From positions 16,486-80,485 of the forward strand of contig NZ_JBALCW010000082.1 in the NCBI RefSeq assembly GCF_036917635.1: a DNA stretch of 64,000 nt. Reading direction: 5' to 3'. The number at the start of each line of letters is the position of its first letter. Position 1 is the stretch's first letter. Positions 29,374 to 38,960 of the stretch are shown here, in pieces. The notes below the pieces were generated by a model, which saw nothing but the letters and a program-made list of their open reading frames with translations, had not been told where the DNA came from and did no database searches. The position numbers and the translations under genes were made by a program. The stretch is from Nostoc sp. GTDB lineage: Bacteria; Cyanobacteriota; Cyanobacteriia; Cyanobacteriales; Nostocaceae.

Positions 29374-29486
29374 ATCGCGGTTTCAAAGAAATCAACGCTG
29401 AGGTATTATACCCTGCAAAGGAGGCTGTCGGGGCTTAATTTAGCGGGTTAACAATATCAGCAGTCAGCCTTGGAAGTTGACTGCTG
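29374..29486 (+). repeat. displaced copy C of the chlB 3' end (stop at 29436-29438) with its own hairpin
   Basis: About 9 mismatches in 65 nt against copy A. Reads [19 protein letters not shown]. Homology starts inside the HIP1 position (ATCGCGG). Hairpin CAGCAGTCA..TGACTGCTG at 29458-29486. Confidence 0.8.
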
Positions 29487-29513
29487 AATTATGATGTGAG
29501 TAGAGCTAGCGAA

Positions 29514-29879
29514 CTACCTAGTCTTTTTGTTTAGTGTTTTGATTAGTTTAGTAATCAACTTTAATTGGATTTGGGAAAAGTAACTCATTGAAATAATGAC
29601 AGCTACTGCAATTCCTCCATCCATCAATATGGGAATTGAAACTGCTGGTGGGACTGGTATTGGAGGATCACTTAGATTGGAAGAAACAAGCATCTCCTGC
29701 TGTTTTTCTACCTTCTCCACTATCTTTTGAGCGTAAAAGTCGTATTCCCATTTTTGGAGAAAAGAGGGTGAAGGCTGGAAAAAACCAATTCCATTCTTTT
29801 TATTCATAGGTTCAAAACCCACTAAATTTATAGTTTTCAGACTAAAGCCTGTTGCTAGTGGGTCTATCAAGTGTGTCAA
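29514..29879 (-). CDS. hypothetical small protein with a C-terminal TM segment
   Basis: 121 aa from a TTG start (or 97 aa from MNKKNG at 29807). TM segment GGIAVAVIISMSYF. Starts 15 nt downstream of the preceding ORF. Confidence 0.35.
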   Translation of the reverse strand: MTHLIDPLATGFSLKTINLVGFEPMNKKNGIGFFQPSPSFLQKWEYDFYAQKIVEKVEKQQEMLVSSNLSDPPIPVPPAVSIPILMDGGIAVAVIISMSYFSQIQLKLITKLIKTLNKKTR

Positions 29880-29894
29880 AGATGTGAAGAATTG

Positions 29895-30719
29895 TTAAGC
29901 AGAATAAGCACCACCCTTGCCAGCAGAGACCTTTGTACCTTTTTTCCAAGCATAAGAGTAGCTTTTTTGCCAGGTAGCTGATTCTCTCTTACGAATTGAA
30001 GTAGCTATATGGTTCTGAAAGTCGTAAAATGCCGTCATAAAGGTATCAAAATTTTCTTTAATCCGTCGATTTGACCTTGCCTCTATCCGACAAAAAGTAA
30101 TAAAAAGAAAGTACCAACGTCTTTCTTTAACAAAATGTTTCTTTTCTAATGATTTATAGTTCTTAACTTCTATTGAATTACGTTGCTCCTCAAGAACTAA
30201 CTTTGTCGTTCCATTTTTATTCTCTACTAGATGAGATTTTTTGCCTGAGTTAATCATTTCCTTGATTTTTGGAAGTGATTTTTCATAATGATTTTGTAGA
30301 CAAGGTAAAAACTCATCTTCTGCTTCTTCTTCCAAAAATGCTAATAACATTTCCAAAGGAGATTGGAAAGGGTACTTAAAAGGTAAGTTTGCTTTTAGAC
30401 ATTTTTCTCTAAATTGCGGTTCAGCAACCTGTACCAATTCCCATAAACCCATCAGATAGTTCATCCATCGTCGGTAGTGTTCACAAGTATGAGCGTTAAT
30501 TTGCTTATTATCAGCAATAACGTCAAATGGATTATGTCGGATAGAATGACTTTCTTTCCAAAATACTGATAGTAATCCATAATTAAGCCTTAACCTCAAC
30601 CACTCGATTCGTTGCTCGTCTGTTTTTGCTTGAGATAGTAGTCTATCGGAAGGTAGTTGGGCTAGATAGTCGCTAATCAAGTGATATTTCTGTTTTTTTG
30701 CGTCCGTAGGTTCATTCAT
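29895..30719 (-). CDS. hypothetical protein (Lys/Glu-rich, no family recognised)
   Basis: 274-aa ORF in an AT-rich block, divergent from the primase-helicase gene. Confidence 0.55.
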   Translation of the reverse strand: MNEPTDAKKQKYHLISDYLAQLPSDRLLSQAKTDEQRIEWLRLRLNYGLLSVFWKESHSIRHNPFDVIADNKQINAHTCEHYRRWMNYLMGLWELVQVAEPQFREKCLKANLPFKYPFQSPLEMLLAFLEEEAEDEFLPCLQNHYEKSLPKIKEMINSGKKSHLVENKNGTTKLVLEEQRNSIEVKNYKSLEKKHFVKERRWYFLFITFCRIEARSNRRIKENFDTFMTAFYDFQNHIATSIRKRESATWQKSYSYAWKKGTKVSAGKGGAYSA

Positions 30720-31084
30720 AGTTGTATACTAAGTACTTAGAAATTTGAGGCACTTATCAATACTGATTTTAGCTAAGACACAATTCTCCAACTAGTCTAG
30801 CTATTATGTTCTGTTAGCGATCGCTGCTGCAACCCCTCAAGCGATCGCACTCCCTAACGCAGAGATTTACTGATAAATAAAAATTAAAATAGAACAAATA
30901 TCACAATACAAAATTATTACTCCGGGGATTTAATAGGCAGAATAACCTACTAAAGCCTTAACCGATGTATCTCCCATAACGAAGTAAAAAAAGCATCATA
31001 AAAGCCTCGCAATATCTCTTATAGAAAAAAAGCAGATGCGTGTTAGTGTTTTAATCTCATCGTCTTTCCTTCGGGTCTTTCCCT

Positions 31085-34000
31085 ATGCATCTGCACTATT
31101 TACACCCCCAACACCTTGAAGAATTAGTCAAGAGTAGTGGTATAGACTTACACTTAGTGCAACTCAATTTTAGGTCACTCCAAGGCGTAACTGCTTATGA
31201 GTACCTATTGATTTCTGAGCTACTCCCTCGCACCAATACCGGAATGGTGAAAGCTGCATGGTTGCAGCGTTATGCTCATATTACTGAAGGTGGTTGGTGG
31301 TGTTCCGGGCTAGACCCTTTGAATAATTGGCAAATGATGGAATGGGGATGCTTTAAGCCAAACCAACCGCGACAGAATCATAATGGTAAGTCCATCAAAT
31401 ACGAGCATCCCCCCAGCACACCAACGCGGGTGTTTTGTTTGCGGGTAACGCTGCAAGTGTGGCAGCAAGTCGCTGGACGTTACAATCTGGTCATGCCTGA
31501 CAATATCACCATTACTGCTGATGGTGAAGCTGAAGGCTTTTGGCAATGGGTGATGCAACAGAATATTTCCCTGATTCTCTGCGAAGGTGTGAAGAAAGCA
31601 GCAACACTTTTGACGCAAGGATATGCAGCTATTGCCATTCCCGGAATTACCAGTGGTTATCGGGTTGTTAAAGATGAATTTGGTAAAGTTACTCGTCGTC
31701 AGCTAATTCCTGATTTAGCAGCATTTGCAATTACAAAGCGTAGCTTTTATATTTGCTTTGATTTTGAAACTCAACCTAAAACAATTGCTGCTGTAAATAA
31801 TGCTATTTCTCAACTTGGTTGTTTATTCCAGCAAGAAAAATGCACTGTTAAAATTATCGAACTTCCAGGAATAGAAAAAGGAGTTGATGAGTTTATCGTT
31901 GCCAAAGGTGCAACTAGTTTCGATAAAGTTTATCGTCAAAGTGTTGATTTAGAAATTTATCTTGCTCAAACCAAACCCCACACTGAGTTAACTATTCCTG
32001 CTGCACTCACCTTGAACCGCCCTTATATAGGTGAAATACCTTTCCCCACTTCTGGATTAGTAGGAGTCAAATCAGCAAAAGGAACAGGTAAAACTACAGC
32101 CCTGCAAGCCGTTGTTCAGCAAGCAAAAATTAGAAATCAACCCGTTTTGTTAATTACTCACAGAATCCTACTAGGAAGATTTTTGTGTGAAAAAATTGGT
32201 ATTCAATGGGGAACACATAAAGAAGATGCGGATAAAAGGATTGATAAAACACTTACCCCCGCTCCTCCCATTCTCCGCTCCCTCTCTCCTCAGCAGTCTC
32301 TTGGATTGTGTGTTGATTCTATTTGGAAACTTAACCCAGAAAATTGGCGAGGAGCAATAGTAATTCTAGATGAAGTAGAGCAATCTTTGTGGCATCTATT
32401 AAACAGTAATACTTGTAAACACAAGCGTGTAAAAATATTAAAATTATTCCAGCAACTTATTTCCATCGTTTTAACAACTGGGGGTTTAGTAATTGCCCAA
32501 GATGCTGATTTATCAGACGTATCACTTGAATATTTACAAGGATTAGCAGGAATTAAATTAACACCTTGGGTAGTTCTCAACCAGTGGAAACCTCAGCATG
32601 GTTGGGACGTAACTTTTTATGATTCACCGAATCCAACACCGCTAATTCACCAACTAGAATTAGATTTACTTGCTGGACGTAAATGTTATGTTACTACCGA
32701 TAGTCGCGCTGGGCGTTACAGTTGTGAAACAATTGAACGTTATCTCAAAGAACGCTTACAAAAATTACGAAGGCAATTTCCCAAAACTTTGGTAGTTAGT
32801 AGTCATACTACAAACACACCTGGACACGAAGCCGTTGATTTTATTACAGCTATCAATCAAAAAATCTCTGAATATGATGGCGTTTTTGTTACCCCTAGCC
32901 TTGGTACAGGAATTAGTATTGATGTGCAACATTTCGACCGGGTTTATGGTATTTTTCAAGGGGTAATTCCTGATTCGGAAGCAAGACAAGCATTAGCGAG
33001 AGTGCGGGATGATGTGCCGCGTGTTGTCTGGTGCGCGAAACGAGGTATTGGTTTAATTGGTAGTGGTAGTACAAATTATCGCTTGCTATCTGACTGGTAT
33101 CAAGAAAATCAAAAAGAAAATTTAGCTTTGCTTAGTCCACTGCATAAAATAGATGTGGATTTACCTTTAGTTCATGATCCGATTCATTTGCGAACTTGGG
33201 CTAAGTTATCTGCACGGGTAAATGCTTCTATCCGCCTCTACCGTCAATCGATGCAAGATGGTTTAATTGCTGATGGGCATCAAATTCAGATGCGGAGTAA
33301 TGCTGTTCACAATAATATTATTCGGGATTTACGCCTTGCATTTTTGGCAACTGACGCTGATGATTTAGCTACCCGCAGAAGATTAGTTTTGGAAATTGTC
33401 AAAGTTCAAAAAGATTGGGCGCAAAGCCGTCAAAAAGCTAAAGAAATTAAACGCAAAATTAAGGATATTAAGCAGCAAAATCAACTATCGGTAGCAACTG
33501 CTGTAGCTAATGCTAAAAATATCGATTATATAGAATATGAGCAGCTATTAGGGAAGCATTCTCTGACTGATGGAGAACGCAACCAAATTAATAAATATAT
33601 TCTCAGACAAAGGTATGGTGTAGAAGTTACTCCTTGGCTGAAATTGCAAGATGACCAAGGATATTATCGTCAATTGTTAATTCATTATTATCTAACTCAC
33701 GAAAGCGAATATTTTCACGTCAGAGATCAGCAAGAATGGCATCAACAATTGTCTTGGGGTGAAGGGAAAGTTTTTCTCCCAGATTTAAAAACTTACACGC
33801 TCAAAGTTGAGGCTATGAGAGCTTTGGGAATGCTTCAGTTTCTCGAAGCAGAAAGAGAATTTACTGAGAGTCATCCAGATTTGATGTTGCTGAAAAATAT
33901 TGTTTTTCAGCATAGTAAGCATATTAAAAGAGCGCTTAGTATTAACTTAATCGGGGAGAAAGAGCAGGTTTCAGCAATCAAAATACTCAGCCGATTGTTC

Positions 34001-34231
34001 AATTTGTTAGGCTTGAAACTAAAGCGGGTAAATGAGGTTTATCAAATCGACCTAGAAACACTTTATGATGGCAGGGAGAGAATATTTACAGTTTGGCATC
34101 AACGGGATGAGTTGATGTTGGCTCATGTTAAGAGTGTTGGCTATGAATTGCCTGATTATTCTTCAGACTGGAAGTTTGAAATTATCCAACCCAAGGCTTA
34201 TACCACAGTAGCTAATATCCTTGACAGCTAA
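31085..34231 (+). CDS. plasmid-type replication protein: Toprim/primase-like (DUF3854) N-terminal domain plus P-loop helicase domain (CyRepA-like)
   Basis: 1048 aa. Toprim-like LILCEGVKKAATLL...GITSG...FDFE. Walker A GVKSAKGTGKT. Walker B IVILDEVEQ. The architecture recalls cyanobacterial plasmid Rep proteins (CyRepA1 family). Confidence 0.7.
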   Translation: MHLHYLHPQHLEELVKSSGIDLHLVQLNFRSLQGVTAYEYLLISELLPRTNTGMVKAAWLQRYAHITEGGWWCSGLDPLNNWQMMEWGCFKPNQPRQNHNGKSIKYEHPPSTPTRVFCLRVTLQVWQQVAGRYNLVMPDNITITADGEAEGFWQWVMQQNISLILCEGVKKAATLLTQGYAAIAIPGITSGYRVVKDEFGKVTRRQLIPDLAAFAITKRSFYICFDFETQPKTIAAVNNAISQLGCLFQQEKCTVKIIELPGIEKGVDEFIVAKGATSFDKVYRQSVDLEIYLAQTKPHTELTIPAALTLNRPYIGEIPFPTSGLVGVKSAKGTGKTTALQAVVQQAKIRNQPVLLITHRILLGRFLCEKIGIQWGTHKEDADKRIDKTLTPAPPILRSLSPQQSLGLCVDSIWKLNPENWRGAIVILDEVEQSLWHLLNSNTCKHKRVKILKLFQQLISIVLTTGGLVIAQDADLSDVSLEYLQGLAGIKLTPWVVLNQWKPQHGWDVTFYDSPNPTPLIHQLELDLLAGRKCYVTTDSRAGRYSCETIERYLKERLQKLRRQFPKTLVVSSHTTNTPGHEAVDFITAINQKISEYDGVFVTPSLGTGISIDVQHFDRVYGIFQGVIPDSEARQALARVRDDVPRVVWCAKRGIGLIGSGSTNYRLLSDWYQENQKENLALLSPLHKIDVDLPLVHDPIHLRTWAKLSARVNASIRLYRQSMQDGLIADGHQIQMRSNAVHNNIIRDLRLAFLATDADDLATRRRLVLEIVKVQKDWAQSRQKAKEIKRKIKDIKQQNQLSVATAVANAKNIDYIEYEQLLGKHSLTDGERNQINKYILRQRYGVEVTPWLKLQDDQGYYRQLLIHYYLTHESEYFHVRDQQEWHQQLSWGEGKVFLPDLKTYTLKVEAMRALGMLQFLEAEREFTESHPDLMLLKNIVFQHSKHIKRALSINLIGEKEQVSAIKILSRLFNLLGLKLKRVNEVYQIDLETLYDGRERIFTVWHQRDELMLAHVKSVGYELPDYSSDWKFEIIQPKAYTTVANILDS

Positions 34232-34393
34232 AGATAGCAGTCCTAAATCATTTGTAAAAATAAATTAACCACAGAGGCGCAGAGAACGCAGAGAGAGGAA
34301 TCGGAGATTTTCACGACTCATTTAAGATTGCTATATCAAGCAAACGGTATGTCTAAAGACAGCCAAGCATTAGTCATACAATTAGCCCAATTT

Positions 34394-34678
34394 CTACTTT
34401 GCCTTCAGCCGCGCCTGCTTCACCATCGCAATTAGAGTTTGATGGGCATCTTCAGCATCTGCTAAAACACGATCAAAGTCAATGCGAACTGGGACAGCTT
34501 CCCCATTTACTTGCGCTGTCAAATCCATCCCTTGTGCATCAATTGACAGCATTTGTGCTGCACTAGCATCTGTGACACCAGCAAAAGCCTTAGCATAAAG
34601 AACTATGGCATCAGCATGATCGTCATTCATGTGCTTGCAGATGCGCGAACTAATATCAGCAGAAAAATCTTTAGACAT
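34394..34678 (-). CDS. DUF2470 domain protein
   Basis: 94 aa (...ICKHMNDDHADAIVLYAK...). Confidence 0.7.
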   Translation of the reverse strand: MSKDFSADISSRICKHMNDDHADAIVLYAKAFAGVTDASAAQMLSIDAQGMDLTAQVNGEAVPVRIDFDRVLADAEDAHQTLIAMVKQARLKAK

Positions 34679-34917
34679 TGTTGAGATAGAAGCAACAGCT
34701 TAAATTTTAAGCTAAGAACGCGAATGAAATTTGGTGATTTTCTTTCTTAGCACTCAAGACTATGCATTTTATCCCATTGCATAATAAATTAATTTTATTT
34801 ATATGGGAATAATTAAATTAAAATAAAACTTATTCAGTATTTCTACCTTCTATTACGGAAACCAGACAGCTTAAACTGTAGCAGAAGTATTAGCCAAACT
34901 ATTGAAGCTAAGAGACA

Positions 34918-35673
34918 ATGAGCGAAACTAGCCCCAGACGAATTGTAATTGGGGATGTGCATGGACACTATGAAGGTTTGATGACATTGCTGGAGGCGAT
35001 CGCCCCCACGTCAGACGATCAAATCTATTTTCTGGGAGACTTAATTGATCGTGGCCCTCATAGCTCACAAGTAGTTAATTTTGTCAAGCGACATAACTAC
35101 CCATGTTTGCTGGGAAATCATGAGCAGATGTTATTAAACATTCTGACCAATCACAGAACTTCCTCCCCGACGATGCAAGCATGGCTGTACAGTGGGGGAC
35201 AAGCTACCGTAGCCAGTTACCACGAGGCTTCAATTCCTGACGATCATCTGGATTGGTTCAAGAGTTTGCCTACATATCTCGACTTGGGGGATATTTGGTT
35301 AACTCATGCTGGTGTTGACCCTTCCAAGTCTGTAACAGAACAAACTGCCGATCAACTGTGCTGGATACGAGAAGAATTTCACAGCATTGAAAAACCCTAC
35401 TTTCCAGATAAGCTCATTATCATCGGTCACACCATTACCTTTACTCTGCCGGGTGTTTCTCCTGGCAAACTGGCACAAGGAGAGGGATGGCTAGATATAG
35501 ATACTGGCGCTTATCATCCCCGGAGTGGCTGGTTGACTGGACTAGATGTCACAAACAACCTGGTTTATCAAGTTAATATTTTTAAAGACTATCACCGTAC
35601 CCTGCCCTTAAAAGATGTAGTGATTAGAGTTGATCCAGCTAAAATCAAAGTCGATCGCCGCAATAAGAATTGA
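34918..35673 (+). CDS. metallophosphoesterase (Ser/Thr phosphatase / ApaH-like)
   Basis: GDVHGH, GDLIDRGP and GNHE motifs. Confidence 0.85.
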   Translation: MSETSPRRIVIGDVHGHYEGLMTLLEAIAPTSDDQIYFLGDLIDRGPHSSQVVNFVKRHNYPCLLGNHEQMLLNILTNHRTSSPTMQAWLYSGGQATVASYHEASIPDDHLDWFKSLPTYLDLGDIWLTHAGVDPSKSVTEQTADQLCWIREEFHSIEKPYFPDKLIIIGHTITFTLPGVSPGKLAQGEGWLDIDTGAYHPRSGWLTGLDVTNNLVYQVNIFKDYHRTLPLKDVVIRVDPAKIKVDRRNKN

Positions 35674-35682
35674 GCAATATTC

Positions 35683-35730
35683 GAGATGAGGGGGATGAGG
35701 GAGACAAGGGGAATAACCAATGCCCAATAC
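35683..35730. repeat. STRR-like tract (GATGAGG, AATGCCC)
   Basis: Read directly. Confidence 0.7.
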
Positions 35731-35740
35731 TTAAATACCC

Positions 35741-36601
35741 TCAAGACCTCACTAATGCTCGCATATTAGCTCTATAACTAGCCTTATCCAAGCCATAATT
35801 TTCCTCACTAGGTTGAGAGTTAATTGCACTTCTGAGGGCTTTAATGCGATCGCTCGTTCCGGGGTGCGTACTTAAAAATGTCGGAGCAGAACCACCCTGT
35901 TTCAGCAGCTTTTGCATAAAAGAAACCATTGCAGACTGGGCGTAACCAGTTCGTGTCAAAGTTCGCAGTCCTCTTTGATCAGCCTCAAATTCATTGCTAC
36001 GACTGCGTGGCAAGTCTCGCGCTAGCTGTACACCAATTTGCACCGCCGTATTCCGGTCTAAGCCAGCAGCTGTTAATAGACCACTTTCCAGTGCTTTTTG
36101 CCGCATCTGTTTAACTACGTGTTTGCCGCCAATGTGACCAATTTCATGGGCGAGTACACTTGCTAGTTCCGCTTCATTGTCTGCGGTTTTCAGCAAACCC
36201 GTGTGGACATATACATAGCCGCCCAAGGTAGCAAAAGCATTAATACTGTCATCCTGAACTACTTGGAAGGTATAGGGGAGATCGGGGCGATCGCTATTAG
36301 CAGCTAAACGCCGACCAACTTGTTCCACATAGCGATTAACTTCTGGATTGCGGTAAAGCCGCACTTCACTACCGACTAATTCTTGATTAATCTGCTTACC
36401 CAGATCAACTTCCTGGCGAGGGGATATATTAGAAAGCTGAAATGCCTGAACTCCTTGGAGTAGAAGAGGCAAGAAATCTAAAGTTCTTCCAGGTAGGGGT
36501 GTACTCAAGCACAGACTCAAGGCAACTATCACTGAAATTAAAGGATAAAACCAGCGACGCCGCGACACACGGTAATTTGCAACAAAATTCCAGTTGAACA
36601 T
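35741..36601 (-). CDS. M48 family metalloprotease
   Basis: HEIGH zinc motif. N-terminal TM segment. Confidence 0.85.
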   Translation of the reverse strand: MFNWNFVANYRVSRRRWFYPLISVIVALSLCLSTPLPGRTLDFLPLLLQGVQAFQLSNISPRQEVDLGKQINQELVGSEVRLYRNPEVNRYVEQVGRRLAANSDRPDLPYTFQVVQDDSINAFATLGGYVYVHTGLLKTADNEAELASVLAHEIGHIGGKHVVKQMRQKALESGLLTAAGLDRNTAVQIGVQLARDLPRSRSNEFEADQRGLRTLTRTGYAQSAMVSFMQKLLKQGGSAPTFLSTHPGTSDRIKALRSAINSQPSEENYGLDKASYRANMRALVRS

Positions 36602-36993
36602 AATAGGCTCTGAAGATTATTTTGGGAGAACATAAAATGATGGGACAAATTATGAGACGGATTTAGAGTATTCTAAGTTGCATTCTTAAATCAAGACCAA
36701 AGGAGTTGTTATACAGCTAATGTTTAGGCAAATCTACCGAATTACTGGGGTTAGAGACTCCCTCTAGAGATAGGCTTAAACACTAGATATTACTTTCTGG
36801 GTGTGTCAATCTTAACTGACAAAAGTTTAAGGGTTAGCTGCCACCCCTGCCAACTTACGAACTCGTGATAAACTGTCGCATAACTGCAACGCCCAGCCGC
36901 TTTGAGTTATTACCAAATAGGGAAAATTACTATTCCCATCGAAAACCTTCTTGCTACAATCAATTACTTCGCTATTAGCTCGGAAAACTTTTT

Positions 36994-37527
36994 ATGGCTA
37001 TTTTAGATTCAAAAGGTCGCTTGTTCGGCAAAATCAACCTCTTAGATTTAGGTGCTGCGCTGGTAACTCTGCTCGTTATATTTGTCGTCTCGTCTAGCAT
37101 CTTGTCTAGCTTGGGTGTTGCCCAAGTTGGTGAGAAAACAGTACCCATAGAAGTAGACCTAGTAGTTCGTGGTTTGAATGTGCGTGACCCGGAACAATTA
37201 TTCAATAACGGATTAAAAAAAGGCGGGAAAACTAATGTGATTATCCGCAATCAACCTCACGGAGAGATTGAGATTAAATCCATTCAACAGCTACCTAGAA
37301 CAATCAATATTCCCCAACCTGATGGCACTGTTAAAGAATTACCAGATCCAAAAACCAACAATTTTAGTACCGATTTGATTTTGACTTTAGATGGCAAAGC
37401 TCAACTGACTGATAATGGCCCCGTTCTCGGTAACAGTAAAGTTAAAATTGGTATGCCATTTGAGTTGGAAGGCTATAACTACAACTTCAATGCAACTGTT
37501 ATTGATGTCAGATTAAAAGACAAATAG
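36994..37527 (+). CDS. DUF4330-like membrane-anchored protein
   Basis: 177 aa. N-terminus MAILDSKGRLFGKINLLDLGAALV with a TM segment. Confidence 0.55.
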   Translation: MAILDSKGRLFGKINLLDLGAALVTLLVIFVVSSSILSSLGVAQVGEKTVPIEVDLVVRGLNVRDPEQLFNNGLKKGGKTNVIIRNQPHGEIEIKSIQQLPRTINIPQPDGTVKELPDPKTNNFSTDLILTLDGKAQLTDNGPVLGNSKVKIGMPFELEGYNYNFNATVIDVRLKDK

Positions 37528-37623
37528 CATTCACATTTTTGCCTTAAAAAAATAATTTGATAAACCGAATTTTATATAATTTCCAAAAACTCGGTTTATC
37601 AGATTAATCAATTGAGGTTAAAA

Positions 37624-38616
37624 CTACTGAGCAGTTTTCGCTTCAAAGATTAAATACGTCCCTCCTAACCCTTCTACAATTGTGCGTGTATTGGCAATCA
37701 TCATTTTCTGATAAGTGTCAGCCTCGGTTCCGGGTTCACCAAGTCCCTCAGCATACAACTTCCTATTAGAAATTTTTACTCCAGCTTGTCTAGCTACAGA
37801 TTGAAGCAAATTAGGGTTAATTGCCGCCTCAGTAAAAATTGTTGGTACTTTAGCCTGTTTAATATTTGTAACCAAAATTTTCACTTTTGCATCTGTCAGG
37901 TTTTCGCCAGTACTAATACCTTGTAATCCCCCTGTTAATGGAATACCGTATGCTTTGGCGTAATAACTCAGTGCATCAGAAGTTGTAACTAATTTCCGTT
38001 CTTTGGGAGGTATAGTGGTAATTCTTGACTTAATCCAGCTATCTAGTTGAGTGAGTTCATTTGTGATTCTTTTGGTATTGCTGGTATAAGCGTCCGCTTC
38101 GCTAGATTCTAATTTTCTCAAGTTACTATTAATTACCTCCACCATCCTGATAGTATTCTTGGTATTGTGCCAAAGATGAGGATTAGTTAGATTATTGTCG
38201 CTTTTCTGAAACTTTTGTGGCTTAGACATTGCAAGTTGACCAACGGCTATTTTTGGTGCAGTGTTTTTAGTCACTTTAATTAATTTGATCAAATTTGGTT
38301 CTAAATTATAGCCACTATAGAGAATAAGATTAGCTTGCTCAATGGCTCTACGATCTTCCAGCTTTGGTTTATAAAATTGGGGGTTAGCACTAGGGTCAAT
38401 TAAGCAGGTGAGGTTAACTGTATTTCCGGCAACTTGTCTGGTTAAGTCACATAATACACTTGTAGTTGCAACGACTCTGGGAAGATTCTCATTTACCTGA
38501 GTGGTTGTCTGAGTGAATGCAGTTCTTGCAGTTTGATTTCCACACCCAACAAATCCAATCGTCAAAGCAACAAGAATAGCTCGGAAGGAATTAGTTGATG
38601 GTAATTTTTTTGACAT
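37624..38616 (-). CDS. metal ABC transporter substrate-binding lipoprotein (ZnuA/TroA cluster 9)
   Basis: Lipobox LTIGFVGC and an NPHLWHN motif. 330 aa. No cognate permease or ATPase gene is adjacent. Confidence 0.85.
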   Translation of the reverse strand: MSKKLPSTNSFRAILVALTIGFVGCGNQTARTAFTQTTTQVNENLPRVVATTSVLCDLTRQVAGNTVNLTCLIDPSANPQFYKPKLEDRRAIEQANLILYSGYNLEPNLIKLIKVTKNTAPKIAVGQLAMSKPQKFQKSDNNLTNPHLWHNTKNTIRMVEVINSNLRKLESSEADAYTSNTKRITNELTQLDSWIKSRITTIPPKERKLVTTSDALSYYAKAYGIPLTGGLQGISTGENLTDAKVKILVTNIKQAKVPTIFTEAAINPNLLQSVARQAGVKISNRKLYAEGLGEPGTEADTYQKMMIANTRTIVEGLGGTYLIFEAKTAQ

Positions 38617-38640
38617 CCTAAACTCCTACTGGATGTGTAG

Positions 38641-38655
38641 AAATAATCATTATCA
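38641..38655 (-). promoter_or_regulatory. Zur/Fur-type operator-like 7-1-7 palindrome
   Basis: The minus strand reads TGATAATGATTATTT, 25-39 nt upstream of the ZnuA-like start codon. It resembles the TGATAATNATTATCA boxes described for cyanobacterial Zur. Confidence 0.5.
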
Positions 38656-38960
38656 GTAACAGATTAGTGAAATACCAAATGGAAGCCTTCGACAAGCAAG
38701 ACGTTAAAGGCAATACGCTTTCCTCCCTAGCCCTCTTTGTTAAGGAAAGAAAAAGAATTAGAGCAAGCCTTTTTAAAGGAAGAAGAATTAATAGATTCTT
38801 TCCTTTTCCCATCGCACGTCCAGCAATTTTTCCTTAGTAAACCCGAAGTGAGGTTTTTGCAGGCAAAATGTTAGTTAAGGTCAGGCGACAGACTGGAAAA
38901 CTGGTAGTGTAAAAGCACAATAATAAAGGTGAGTGATGCTGGGGAGCCTGCGGTAAAGAG

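Noticed and set aside
30813-30821. Whether the 9-mer GTTAGCGAT, shared with the trailers of chlB-tail copies A and B, marks a fourth att-like site.
   Set aside because: A 9-mer match is expected by chance at roughly this frequency in 64 kb on both strands, and no flanking homology to the chlB tail is present.
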